Virus record (IMG/VR): IMGVR_UViG_3300044445_000048
Coordinates: 1 to 64,000 of that record
Source: a virus
DNA length: 64,000 nucleotides
Direction: 5' to 3' (one strand)
In this document: positions 53,361 through 62,295 of the stretch, in pieces
How the letters are laid out: each line of letters begins with the position of its first letter
Position numbering within the stretch: the stretch's first letter is position 1
The notes under the pieces: model-generated
Seen by the model: only the letters and a program-made list of their open reading frames with translations
What the model was told of the DNA's origin: nothing
Databases searched by the model: none
Position numbers and translations under genes: made by a program

Positions 53361-53522
53361 TCAGCCCTCGAACGCGAGGGTGAGAAGCTCGCGCGCCTTG
53401 ATGCGCCGCGCCTCGCGCCGGATCAGATCGCGGGCCTTGGCAGCAGGTGAGCGGCTGGCATCGCGCCGGCTAGTGCGCTTGCAGCGGATCATGGCAGCGG
53501 CGGTGTCGAGATCGATAATCAT
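53361..53522 (-). CDS. hypothetical basic protein (53 aa)
   Basis: ATG 53522 lies downstream of the leader motif. Confidence 0.5.
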   Translation of the reverse strand: MIIDLDTAAAMIRCKRTSRRDASRSPAAKARDLIRREARRIKARELLTLAFEG

Positions 53523-53526
53523 GGGT

Positions 53527-53540
53527 GTTTCCTTCGTTAT
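53527..53540 (-). promoter_or_regulatory. conserved leader motif, variant ATAACGAAGGAAAC (copy 4)
   Basis: It has one mismatch and lies 4 nt upstream of ATG 53522. The hairpin GGGCA-CCC-TGCCC abuts it. Confidence 0.45.
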
Positions 53541-53572
53541 GGGCAGGGTGCCCGGTGTGGTGGTGGTGGTGA

Positions 53573-53992
53573 TCAGAAGCGATCTAGGGTGATCACACCC
53601 GCCGCATAGGCGATGGGGAACGCTCCACCATGTGCGCCCCATGCATGGGAAGCGATGAAGCCGGAGCGGCTAGGGCGGCCACACTGGCGAAGCTCGCGGG
53701 CCTCGACTTCTGGACGCTCTAGGCGAAGCACGCGGGCGGCCTGTAGGTGGTCGAGGGCGGCCGCATGGCGACCGATCGCACGATTGTGCGCCGCGTGTGC
53801 CAGGTGGCTTGCATGGATCTGAGCAAAGGTCGCCGCAACGCTATGCATGGGCACGCCATAGCGGCGAACACCGCGGCGAGCGAAGCGCGCGACCACGCCA
53901 TGCGCTTGGGTGAGGGTGAGGCCCTTGCGGGTGTGGCGGCCGCCATGATGCGAGGCGTTGCCAAAGCTAGAAAGGGTGACGGTGTAGCGCAT
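53573..53992 (-). CDS. hypothetical His-rich protein (139 aa), first gene of the leftward operon
   Basis: ATG 53992 lies downstream of the leader motif. Confidence 0.55.
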   Translation of the reverse strand: MRYTVTLSSFGNASHHGGRHTRKGLTLTQAHGVVARFARRGVRRYGVPMHSVAATFAQIHASHLAHAAHNRAIGRHAAALDHLQAARVLRLERPEVEARELRQCGRPSRSGFIASHAWGAHGGAFPIAYAAGVITLDRF

Positions 53993-54384
53993 GGGGTGTT
54001 TCCTTCGTGATGCGAATCGGCGGGGCCGCGTCGCTGAATGATCAGTACCAGAAACGGCCGGCGCGTCAAATAGTCGCACGAGATCAGCGGAAAATATGTG
54101 CGACGCGCGCCGGGTCGATTGCCGCGCCAGCACGCGCGCCGGGATGCCGACCCGGCGCGTCACCTGAGCACGCGGGAACCATGCTCCGCGGGATTCTATG
54201 CCGGCGCGCGCCTGCCCCCCCGTCAGGTACTATACGCGCGCCCGCGGTACTGCGTAGCGGTGAGGGACCGCTATCTTCGACCGTTTCGCGTAAAATTGAG
54301 ACCGCCGAAACAACAACTCCGCGACAAGGGCCGCCTCGGGGGGTATTCCGAGATAAATCTCGCCCAAGACGGAGCTTTCTCGAA
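53993..54384. promoter_or_regulatory. 392-nt divergent intergenic control region
   Basis: It separates divergent transcription units. The inverted repeat is GTCGCAC (54073-79) / GTGCGAC (54098-104). ACGCGCGCCGGG is a direct repeat (54103-14 and 54132-43), and CGCGGGA occurs twice (54171-77 and 54187-93). Confidence 0.4.
53998..54011 (-). promoter_or_regulatory. conserved leader motif ATCACGAAGGAAAC (copy 5)
   Basis: This is an exact 14-mer lying 5 nt upstream of ATG 53992. Confidence 0.5.
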
Positions 54385-57300
54385 ATGGCTAACATCGGAC
54401 CCAACGGCCCCATCACGCTGGACGCCGCGACCTATGACGTGCCGGATATGATCACGCGATTTAAGGCCGCGCTCACCGGCGATGAAGCCGGCCGCGACGG
54501 CCGCGTGCTGGCCGCGATCGCCGCCGCTCGAGCGTTCGCCGCCGGCGTCGTGGTGCAGCCCAACGTGCAGATCTCCGGCACCGCCTCTAAATTCGAGGGA
54601 GCGAGCGGGACCACTTCGTTCACGTTCACCGTCACTCGCTCGGTCTCGACCGGCGCGATCCTGGTGCCCTGGACGTTCGACGCCGGCACCACCTCCGCGG
54701 GCGACTATGTCAGCGGTTCTCTCCCGATCGGCGGCAATGTCAGCATCGCGGACGGCAGTTTCACCGGGCAGATCGTGATCAACATCGCCGGCGATCTCAC
54801 CGTTGAACCCGACGAAATGTTCACGGTCTCGATCGCAACGCCAGGCGGGTATATCAGCGGCGGCGCGATGAGTGCGACGGGCACGGTGCTCAACGATGAC
54901 ACCGCCGGCACGCCGACCGTTCAGATCGTCGGCGCGATCTCGCGTTCGGAGGGCAACAGCGGGACGAACGCCTATGTGTTCGACGTCAGCCGCTCGAGCT
55001 CATCGGGCGCGGTCAATGTCACTTGGTCGTTTGCGGCTGGCGGTACGAACGCCTCCGATTACGTAAGCGGGTCGGTGCCCACTGGCGGGACGCTGGCTTT
55101 CGCCGATGGCGTGGCCCTCATGCAGATCACGATCAACGTCCAGGGCGACGTCACGATCGAGGGCGATGAGGCGTTCACGGTCTCGATCGCGGTGCCGAGT
55201 GGCTATGCCGCGGGCGCGTCCATGTCGGCGACCGGCACGATCCTGAATGATGATACGGCCAGCCCGACCGTCATCATTTCCGGCGCTCAGGCCAAAGCGG
55301 AAGGCAACAGCGGCGTCACCGCGTACACCTATACCGTCACGCGATCGGCGACGTCCGGCGCGGTCTCGGTGCCGTGGTCGTTTGTGGCCGGCGGCACCTC
55401 GGCCGATGACTTTCAAGGCGGGGCTTATCCTACTGGCGGCACCGTCAACATGGCGAACGGCGTCGCGACCGGCACGTTCACGGTCAATGTGCAGGGCGAT
55501 GCCACGGTTGAACCCGACGAGAGCTTCTCGGTCGCGATCGCCGCTCCGAGCGGATACGTGCTCGGCACGCCAAACACCGCCACCGGCACGATCACGAACG
55601 ACGACTCCGCGCCTGTCACGTCCGCGATGGCCGCCGATGCGCCGACCATGTTGTCTTTCGGCACCCGCAACGGTTTCGCAGCCGATCCGGGCGATGCGCG
55701 GTATGCCGTGCTCCCCGTGCTGACCAATCTGTTCGGCACCGGGACTGCCGCGGCGGCTGGCGCGCTCGCGATGCGCGTCAGTTTCAAGCCCGCGGAAGGT
55801 TATTCCACCAGCTACGCCGCTGCACCCACGGCTGCTATCAACGTAATGGGAACCAATGGCCTTACCGGAGGAGGGACCACGGCTTGTCAATTCACGCCAT
55901 ACGGCGGTTCTGTAGTGGCAAATCGAAGCAAGTTTTACTTCACGACGAAAGACACGCCTGGCAACACCGTGTCTCTCTATACGCCCCCGATTGATCCCAT
56001 CACTAACGAGGCCGGCATTGCTACCGGCATAATTCTACTGCGGCGCGATGCGGCTGGGGTGTTTACGGCATCGCTCGTGGGGCCAGATGGGACAGTCTAT
56101 AATGGCACGCCTGTCACTCCGTCGACGTGGCTCGGCCGCGGCACGGCGATCGGACCTATGGCCCTGGGCCATTTCAACGGAGGAAGCGTCCCGGCGATTA
56201 CGCTGGGCAATTACTTCTCAGGGGCGGTTGGCGACTTCATTCAGCTAGACGGCAGCGCCGGTTCCGACGCCGAGTGGGGCGCGGTAGCGGCGGGTGCAGA
56301 TCCGGCGGCTGTATTCGGGTCCAGCCTTGCCGCACACTATCCGCTGCGCAATGCCACCGACCTAGCGAAGGCGGCTGGTAGCCGGTCCTATGCCGCTGCA
56401 ACGTTGGGAGGCACTGGTCATGGGCGTAGCGGGCCGCGGAAGCCGGTTCGATCGACGGTGGACCCCACGAAGTCGCTTTACGTGCGGCCGGTGTATCGCG
56501 GCTACGTTCACGCGCTCGATCCCGCGGTGGTGCAAGCCGCTACGGATCTCAATGCGTTGAAGCTGGTCGGCGGCACGGTGTCTCGCGACATTGTCGTGAC
56601 CGGCGCGGCGACGCATATCCGTGCTCGAGCGATCCGCAAGTCCGACGACGTCGTGGTTCGTGATTGGACCCGCGTCACCACCGCCGCGGCCACCGGGGTG
56701 GTGCCGGTGCTCCTGCCAAATGTGCCGGCCGTATCGGGCGAGCTTCGCATCGAATGGCAGCGGGAGGATGATACCAGCTTCACCTGCTATTCGGCCGACG
56801 ATGAGCGTGTTGGCCTAGCGGTTGTGTTGGGGCCTGGGCAAAGTCAGATGGCGATCGCCTTCCGGGGCGGAGCCGCCAATGTAGGCGCGGGTGTTCCTGC
56901 CGAGCCGCATGATTATCCAGCGAATCCTAACAGCATGGTCAGCTTTTGCGTGGTCCGTGCCGGGTATGTCAGTGCTGGCCCGGCCGATGGTGGATACATG
57001 CGGCATCGTTTCATGCTGACGAACGGCATGTTGGCCGCTGCCGCTTGGTACGAGAGCCTGAACACCGGAATTCCTTTGGAATTCATTCAGCTTTCTATTG
57101 CCGGCACCTCAATGACGGAATGGATGTATCACACCAATACGCAGAACTCGGTTCTCGGCCGAGATTTCTGGGGTGACGGCGCGACCTATGGCAGCGGTTA
57201 TGTGACGGATACGCTACTCGCCAAACGTCGTCGCGTGACGATGTTCGTAAGCTCGTGGCATACCGCCGAGCGATCAACGCAGGCCGGCGGGCAGCAATCG

Positions 57301-58161
57301 TTCGCTACGATTTATGGAAGCCGCACCGTGACGGAGCGGCCTTGGACCGAGCGAGTGAACGAATTCTTTGGCGGCATCGAGAAGTCGACGGCTGACGCGA
57401 CGGAACGCGGCGAGAGGTCTAATCTCATCGATAGCAACTTGACGGTGTTCAAGCCTTGGCTGGTCATCATCCCGGAGAGCCGCACCTCATCCGGGTCGAT
57501 GGACTCCACTGCCAGTATCGCCGCCGGCTTCGATAGCTTGCGCAAAATGCAGTACGATTACGCCGAGATCGGCACTGGAAAGGATGCCGTGGTCAACGCG
57601 ACGTTGGGCGGTTTCCAGAATGATATCCAAATGGATGGGCCTAGCGGGCCGCACCAGCTCCTCGACGACGTGTATGGTAATATCAACTTTTGCGTCCGCA
57701 TGGCGAACGCGGTTGTTCATGCCGCCAAGCTGTCATCGCTCAATGTTCGGCCCACGATCAGCGCCGTCACCGGCGTGGGAACGGCAATTCTGACAGTCGG
57801 CTTCACTTTGGTGAACGGCGGCGCTCTTATGACCGGAGCCTCCGGCGCTGCGCTCACCGGTTTCGAGGTGAGCACCAACGGGGGAACGGTGTGGTCAGCG
57901 GAAGGGGGCACTATTCCCTTCACACCGACGCTGGTCGGCAACACCGTCACGCTCACCAAGGCGTCCGGCACCTGGCCGGCCGGAACGCGGGTCCGCTACC
58001 TGCCTCATTTCCCGGTTACGACGGGATCTCTTGCAACCGACCGTACCGCGATCAAGGGGATGCTCTATGAGAGCCGTGCTGACATGGCGGTGCCCAACGC
58101 GGCCGAACTTCCGGCTGGCGTGCCTATCCGTAACTCGATCGATTCAATCGCAGCCTCTTAA
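54385..58161 (+). CDS. giant protein (1258 aa): three Calx-beta-like repeats plus a large C-terminal region with an SGNH/SASA-like GQSQM motif
   Basis: Start set at ATG 54385 (MANIGPNG) because the upstream 126 codons of the track ORF are Arg/Pro junk over the control region. The repeats end in ...EPDE-F-V-I...GT-(V/I)-(L/T)-NDD. VVLGPGQSQMAIAF resembles the GQSNM esterase motif. Confidence 0.7.
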   Translation: MANIGPNGPITLDAATYDVPDMITRFKAALTGDEAGRDGRVLAAIAAARAFAAGVVVQPNVQISGTASKFEGASGTTSFTFTVTRSVSTGAILVPWTFDAGTTSAGDYVSGSLPIGGNVSIADGSFTGQIVINIAGDLTVEPDEMFTVSIATPGGYISGGAMSATGTVLNDDTAGTPTVQIVGAISRSEGNSGTNAYVFDVSRSSSSGAVNVTWSFAAGGTNASDYVSGSVPTGGTLAFADGVALMQITINVQGDVTIEGDEAFTVSIAVPSGYAAGASMSATGTILNDDTASPTVIISGAQAKAEGNSGVTAYTYTVTRSATSGAVSVPWSFVAGGTSADDFQGGAYPTGGTVNMANGVATGTFTVNVQGDATVEPDESFSVAIAAPSGYVLGTPNTATGTITNDDSAPVTSAMAADAPTMLSFGTRNGFAADPGDARYAVLPVLTNLFGTGTAAAAGALAMRVSFKPAEGYSTSYAAAPTAAINVMGTNGLTGGGTTACQFTPYGGSVVANRSKFYFTTKDTPGNTVSLYTPPIDPITNEAGIATGIILLRRDAAGVFTASLVGPDGTVYNGTPVTPSTWLGRGTAIGPMALGHFNGGSVPAITLGNYFSGAVGDFIQLDGSAGSDAEWGAVAAGADPAAVFGSSLAAHYPLRNATDLAKAAGSRSYAAATLGGTGHGRSGPRKPVRSTVDPTKSLYVRPVYRGYVHALDPAVVQAATDLNALKLVGGTVSRDIVVTGAATHIRARAIRKSDDVVVRDWTRVTTAAATGVVPVLLPNVPAVSGELRIEWQREDDTSFTCYSADDERVGLAVVLGPGQSQMAIAFRGGAANVGAGVPAEPHDYPANPNSMVSFCVVRAGYVSAGPADGGYMRHRFMLTNGMLAAAAWYESLNTGIPLEFIQLSIAGTSMTEWMYHTNTQNSVLGRDFWGDGATYGSGYVTDTLLAKRRRVTMFVSSWHTAERSTQAGGQQSFATIYGSRTVTERPWTERVNEFFGGIEKSTADATERGERSNLIDSNLTVFKPWLVIIPESRTSSGSMDSTASIAAGFDSLRKMQYDYAEIGTGKDAVVNATLGGFQNDIQMDGPSGPHQLLDDVYGNINFCVRMANAVVHAAKLSSLNVRPTISAVTGVGTAILTVGFTLVNGGALMTGASGAALTGFEVSTNGGTVWSAEGGTIPFTPTLVGNTVTLTKASGTWPAGTRVRYLPHFPVTTGSLATDRTAIKGMLYESRADMAVPNAAELPAGVPIRNSIDSIAAS
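54553..55610 (+). repeat. three tandem ~117-aa Calx-beta-like repeats (in frame)
   Basis: The repeats are visible directly in the translation (SGTASKFEGASGTTSF..., GAISRSEGNSGTNAY..., GAQAKAEGNSGVTAY...). Each ends in NDD(T/S). Confidence 0.7.
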
Positions 58162-58173
58162 AGGGAGAATACA

Positions 58174-59190
58174 GTGAGAATTCTTGCAATCCTCGCGGCG
58201 GTGGTCGCGGTTTCTACGCCAGTAGCAGCCGCAACCATCGCCACCACGCCGACCACATTCGCCGCAGATCTCAGGAAGGCGAATTGCGGAGATATCATCG
58301 AGCTCGCGCCTGGCGATTATGGTGCGGTCCAGATCACTCGTTACACCGCGCCTGGTGTTGCCGCGGAGATCCCCGCAACGGCCAAAGCCAAGGCCGTGCC
58401 GGCTCGGTGCCCGAGCAATAACCGGCTCGAGATCCGCGCCGAGGATGCGCGACTTTCATCGTTGCGCATCGCATCGGCGCAAGGTGTGAACTGGTATGGT
58501 GGCCTGATCACGGCGAAGCTCGGCGTTGAAACGCCCGGCGTCACCTTGGACGCTTCCAGGTTCATCCGCTTCGCCGCTGCTCAGGTAGAAGGGCATAAGG
58601 TCGGCGTGAACGCTACGCGGGGCACCGATTACGAGATCGTCGGCAATCGGCTTGAGCGTCTCCGGAGTGACGGCGTCGACGTCAGCCAGGCTCAGCGGGT
58701 GCTCATCGAGAACAACCAGGTTGTCATGACCACGCCGATCAAGGCCACCTATGACGCCAAGGGCAAGCTCTTGGTCGATGGAGATCACTCCGATGGAATT
58801 CAGGCTTGGAGCGTGCCGGGTACGCCGCCGGTCGCCGACGTCACCATTCGAGGAAATTATTTCCGGGGCGTGATGCAGGGCATCAGCGTGTTCAACTCCA
58901 ATACCGGGGGCATCGATCGTTTTCTGGTCGAATACAACACGATCGACGGCATCGATTTCTGGCATGGCATCACGCTTAGCGATGCCCGCGATTCCATCAT
59001 TCGCTACAACCTGGTGGTGACGCGAAAGAACGCGAAAGCGTGGAATTTTCCTTTCCAGCCCATCCGGACATGGGTGTCGATCCCATCGGGCGTTCGCACG
59101 ATCGCGTGCGGTAATATCGTGCCGGCAATGCCGGGCGGCGTGGGCACCGAGCCCTGCAAAACCGAAAAGGCAGCTATTTCGGCTCGATAA
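58174..59190 (+). CDS. secreted right-handed beta-helix repeat protein (GTG start)
   Basis: The signal peptide is MRILAILAAVVAVSTPVAAA. Repeated N-x-(I/V)-x-G turns are present (IVGNRLE, IENNQVV, IRGNYFRG, VEYNTIDG, IRYNLVV). AAGGGAGAA lies upstream. Confidence 0.65.
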   Translation: MRILAILAAVVAVSTPVAAATIATTPTTFAADLRKANCGDIIELAPGDYGAVQITRYTAPGVAAEIPATAKAKAVPARCPSNNRLEIRAEDARLSSLRIASAQGVNWYGGLITAKLGVETPGVTLDASRFIRFAAAQVEGHKVGVNATRGTDYEIVGNRLERLRSDGVDVSQAQRVLIENNQVVMTTPIKATYDAKGKLLVDGDHSDGIQAWSVPGTPPVADVTIRGNYFRGVMQGISVFNSNTGGIDRFLVEYNTIDGIDFWHGITLSDARDSIIRYNLVVTRKNAKAWNFPFQPIRTWVSIPSGVRTIACGNIVPAMPGGVGTEPCKTEKAAISAR

Positions 59191-59246
59191 GGCCGAAGTT
59201 TCTGATATTTGAGGGGGATGGGGCCTCGCACTGACGGAGAAATCCG

Positions 59247-59702
59247 ATGCGCCTCATCCTCCTCGCCTTTCTGCTCGTAGCGCCGCCGATCGCCGCGCAA
59301 ACCGGCCCCACCCTTCCCCAGATCAAGTCGGCAGACGGAAAACACACCGTTCGCGTCGTTCCTACGACGGAAGTCGACGACAACGGGAATCGAGTCGACG
59401 TTCGCGCCCCGGTGGCGGTCCCGTCGACCAGCACCACCCTCACCGTGCCCACCGCCGAGACCTTCGTGCTCGCGCTGGCCGCAAATCCTGCCAGGATGGG
59501 GTGCCTGATCCAGAACAAGAGCACGACGTCGACGATGCGAGTGTTTCACGGCACCACCGCCGCCGCGACGGCCGCGCGCTCCATCGATGTAGATCCGGGC
59601 GATACCTATAGCTGCTCGAGCGCCGCCGGCCTGGTGGTCGCCGATCAGATCTCGATCGCAATGTCGGTCGCGGGCTCCTCCGCCGTCGTGGTGTCGCAAT
59701 GA
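59247..59702 (+). CDS. small secreted protein (151 aa)
   Basis: The signal peptide is [24 protein letters not shown] lies upstream. Confidence 0.6.
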   Translation: MRLILLAFLLVAPPIAAQTGPTLPQIKSADGKHTVRVVPTTEVDDNGNRVDVRAPVAVPSTSTTLTVPTAETFVLALAANPARMGCLIQNKSTTSTMRVFHGTTAAATAARSIDVDPGDTYSCSSAAGLVVADQISIAMSVAGSSAVVVSQ

Positions 59703-60460
59703 TCCGCCTGCTCAGGCTCCTCGCCGCGACGCTGATCGTCGCATCCCCCATTCAGGCGCAAACGATCGTCGGCTCTCGCGTCGACACGGCCGCGCGCGCC
59801 GCCGCCGATGCAGCGATGGCCCGCGCGAACGCGGCGATGCAGCGCGCGAACCAAGCCAGCACAGCGGCGGCCAATGCCGGCACCACCCCCGGCCCGGCGG
59901 GAGCGGCTGGTCGAGACGGTGTCGACGGCACGAGCATCGTTGGACCGCGCGGCCCTGCCGGCGCTGACGGTGCACCAGGCGCAACCGGACCCGCGGGGAA
60001 GGATGGGCTCAGCGTCGTCGGCCCGGCCGGTCCTGCCGGCAAAGACGGGAAGGATGGAGCCACCGGTCCCGCCGGCCCGGCCGGGCTGTCCATCACCGGG
60101 CCAGCGGGACCGGCTGGGGCAACTGGTGCGACCGGCCCCGTCGGACCTATCGGCCTGACCGGAGCGACCGGCCCCGCTGGGCCTGCCGGTGCCGGCGCGG
60201 TGCTGCTGCCCAACGCCACGTTCTCGGAAACGGCCGCGGTCGCGCTGGTGCTGGGCACGCGATCGATGACAGCCACGTCGGTGGGCGTGCTGCCGGGCGA
60301 TCGCATCATCCTGACGCCGACCGCGCCGCTGCCGGCGGGCTACATGATGGGCGACGCCTATTGCGCCACCGCCGGCACGATCACCCTCACCGTGTACGGC
60401 CCCGCGCTGGCGCTGGGCGCTGCTCGGACGTTCACGGTGAAGGTGACGGCGTTCCGCTAA
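59699..60460 (+). CDS. secreted collagen-like (Gly-X-Y) repeat protein
   Basis: The signal peptide is [22 protein letters not shown]. About 100 aa of GPAGPAG/GKDGKDG triplets follow, then a globular C-terminal domain. Confidence 0.75.
   Translation: MIRLLRLLAATLIVASPIQAQTIVGSRVDTAARAAADAAMARANAAMQRANQASTAAANAGTTPGPAGAAGRDGVDGTSIVGPRGPAGADGAPGATGPAGKDGLSVVGPAGPAGKDGKDGATGPAGPAGLSITGPAGPAGATGATGPVGPIGLTGATGPAGPAGAGAVLLPNATFSETAAVALVLGTRSMTATSVGVLPGDRIILTPTAPLPAGYMMGDAYCATAGTITLTVYGPALALGAARTFTVKVTAFR
59891..60197 (+). repeat. Gly-X-Y triplet repeat region
   Basis: The runs of G-X-Y are interrupted at regular intervals by G(T/L)S(I/V)(V/T)GP. Confidence 0.75.
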
Positions 60461-62295
60461 GCGGCGGCGGCTTCCTTCTCCGCGCAGGGCTCGCATAGGA
60501 ACCACATATTTTCCGGGCCATACAGGGCGTCGCGCTCAGGCCCGGCCGGATACTCGTGGGCCTGCTCGAGCGGGATGATATGCCGCGGCGTGCCGGTGCT
60601 GGGCTGCTCGCATACCTCGCACGGCGGTGTGACGCCGCCGGCCCCGCCGTCGAGGACGAATTGAGCGAGGCGCTTGACGCGGCTGGTGTCGCTCACCTTG
60701 GCGCGGGGCGATGCGCCCGGATCGTTGATCCCGCGCGACTGATCCGACTTGATGCCGAGCGTCTCGATCAGGACGGGATCGCTGCCCTCGTCTGTCCATA
60801 GCGTGTGCGCGTTGACCTGTTCCTCTTGGCCGGGGCGGCGCAGGCGGCCGACAACCTGGTGGTGGACCTGGGGCGACCAATCGAGCTCGCCGAACACCAC
60901 ATCGTTGCAATAGTGCTGTAGCCCGTCGAGGCCCGCTCCCGATCGGAGCGAGATCATCATCACCCGGCTGTTGCCCTTGGTGAAATCCTCGACCGTCCGC
61001 GCTTTCTGGTTGGCGGTCTCGCTCCCGGTGTAGAGCACCGGCTCATAGTCGGCGAGCGCCTTGCGGAGGATCTCGTACACGTCCCGGTGCCAAGCCGCGA
61101 CCAGCACCCGCCGCGCGCCGCCGCGCAGGAGCATGCGGACATAGGCCGCGACCGACTTCGCCTTCGCGATGCCCGTCATCATCCGCATCCGCATGTCGAG
61201 CTCGCGCGCGGCGTTGCCGGCGATGGCGAAACTGCCCTCGAGCACGCTGAGCGCCAGCGTCCGGAGCAGAGCTGTCTCATCCTCGACCGCGCCGTGATCC
61301 CACGCGACCTTGACGTTGATCGCGTTCGGCGGCGGCATCGAGACGTCGACACAGTCGTCATCCTCGGTGCGGCGCAGGAACCAGCCGGTGTCGCGCAGGA
61401 AGGCACCGAGCGCGTCCGGATCTTTGACCTGAGCCCCCGACTTGCACCACTCGCGCAGGAACTCCTCCCGCGTGCCGAGCAGATCCGGGTTGATGAACGA
61501 CATGACGGTGTGCATTTCGTCGCCGTAATTGTAGATCGGCGTCGCGGTCAGGCCCATCTTCACCTTAGCGCGGCTGCTCACGATCGCGCAGCACCGGCCC
61601 TTGTCCGTGTCGGTGCCATGCCGGAGCTCTTGGAGCTCATCGTACACCACCGTCTTGATCAGGCCGTTCTTGAGAAAGTCGATCCAGCCGCCGATGTTCG
61701 AGTAGCGGAAGATATACACGTCGGCCGGGGGCAGCGTGTACGGCTGGGTGCCGCGGATGACGTGCGTTCGGAGCGTGCAGAACCCGCTGATCCGGCGCTG
61801 CCACTGTTCGGCCAGGTGCGCGTTCACCACCACAGCCGCCGGCAGCGGTGCGCCGAGCATCATGGTGATCGAGCACTCGGTCTTTCCGAGCCCCACCTCG
61901 TCGCCGAGCAGGAGCCCGCCGTTGTCGAGCGTGATCTTCGCCGCCTGGGCTTGGTAGAGGTATGGGGCCTTGCCCGGCTTCAAGCCCTTGATCGGCGGCG
62001 CAGTCCACGCCGGCGTCAGGATCTCGTCGCGATCGGCGATGCGCTTCGCCACCCGCCGCGCGCCGGCCTCGAGCTCGCTCATCATCATCGTCTCGAACGG
62101 ATACCGGGCCATGAACCACAGGAGATCCGCGCGGGTGTCGTCGTTGTCCGATAGGACGATATCGGTCGCCGTTTGCGGCACCTTCGTGAACAGCCGCTTG
62201 AAGTGGATGGCAACGTGCGGCGCGAGATCCGTGATCTTCCATTCGCCCTTCCTGCCCTGCTGCTCGAGCTCGAGCTTCCCGAACGTCTTGCTCAC
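60457..62295 (-). CDS. SNF2-family helicase with a C-terminal HNH-like zinc-finger domain (GTG start)
   Basis: DEVGLGKT (motif I) and YDELQELRH (motif II) are present, with a helicase C-terminal block. The C-terminus [20 protein letters not shown]...NMWFLCEPC follows the HNH CxxC...H-x-x-P...N...CxxC layout. Confidence 0.8.
   Translation of the reverse strand: MSKTFGKLELEQQGRKGEWKITDLAPHVAIHFKRLFTKVPQTATDIVLSDNDDTRADLLWFMARYPFETMMMSELEAGARRVAKRIADRDEILTPAWTAPPIKGLKPGKAPYLYQAQAAKITLDNGGLLLGDEVGLGKTECSITMMLGAPLPAAVVVNAHLAEQWQRRISGFCTLRTHVIRGTQPYTLPPADVYIFRYSNIGGWIDFLKNGLIKTVVYDELQELRHGTDTDKGRCCAIVSSRAKVKMGLTATPIYNYGDEMHTVMSFINPDLLGTREEFLREWCKSGAQVKDPDALGAFLRDTGWFLRRTEDDDCVDVSMPPPNAINVKVAWDHGAVEDETALLRTLALSVLEGSFAIAGNAARELDMRMRMMTGIAKAKSVAAYVRMLLRGGARRVLVAAWHRDVYEILRKALADYEPVLYTGSETANQKARTVEDFTKGNSRVMMISLRSGAGLDGLQHYCNDVVFGELDWSPQVHHQVVGRLRRPGQEEQVNAHTLWTDEGSDPVLIETLGIKSDQSRGINDPGASPRAKVSDTSRVKRLAQFVLDGGAGGVTPPCEVCEQPSTGTPRHIIPLEQAHEYPAGPERDALYGPENMWFLCEPCAEKEAAAA

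Noticed and set aside
54007-54384. The 126-codon N-terminal extension of the giant ORF as listed in the track (start at 54007).
   Set aside because: The extension is Arg/Pro/Ala-rich junk. It covers the divergent control region and the leader motif of the opposite operon. A clean start, MANIGPNG, exists at ATG 54385.
59891-60197. Short-period nucleotide repeats that might be mistaken for a CRISPR array or satellite. The same applies to 54553-55610 and 35558-36165.
   Set aside because: All are in-frame protein repeats (collagen Gly-X-Y, Calx-beta and Gly-rich tail repeats) inside long ORFs with good GC3. None has a repeat-spacer architecture.
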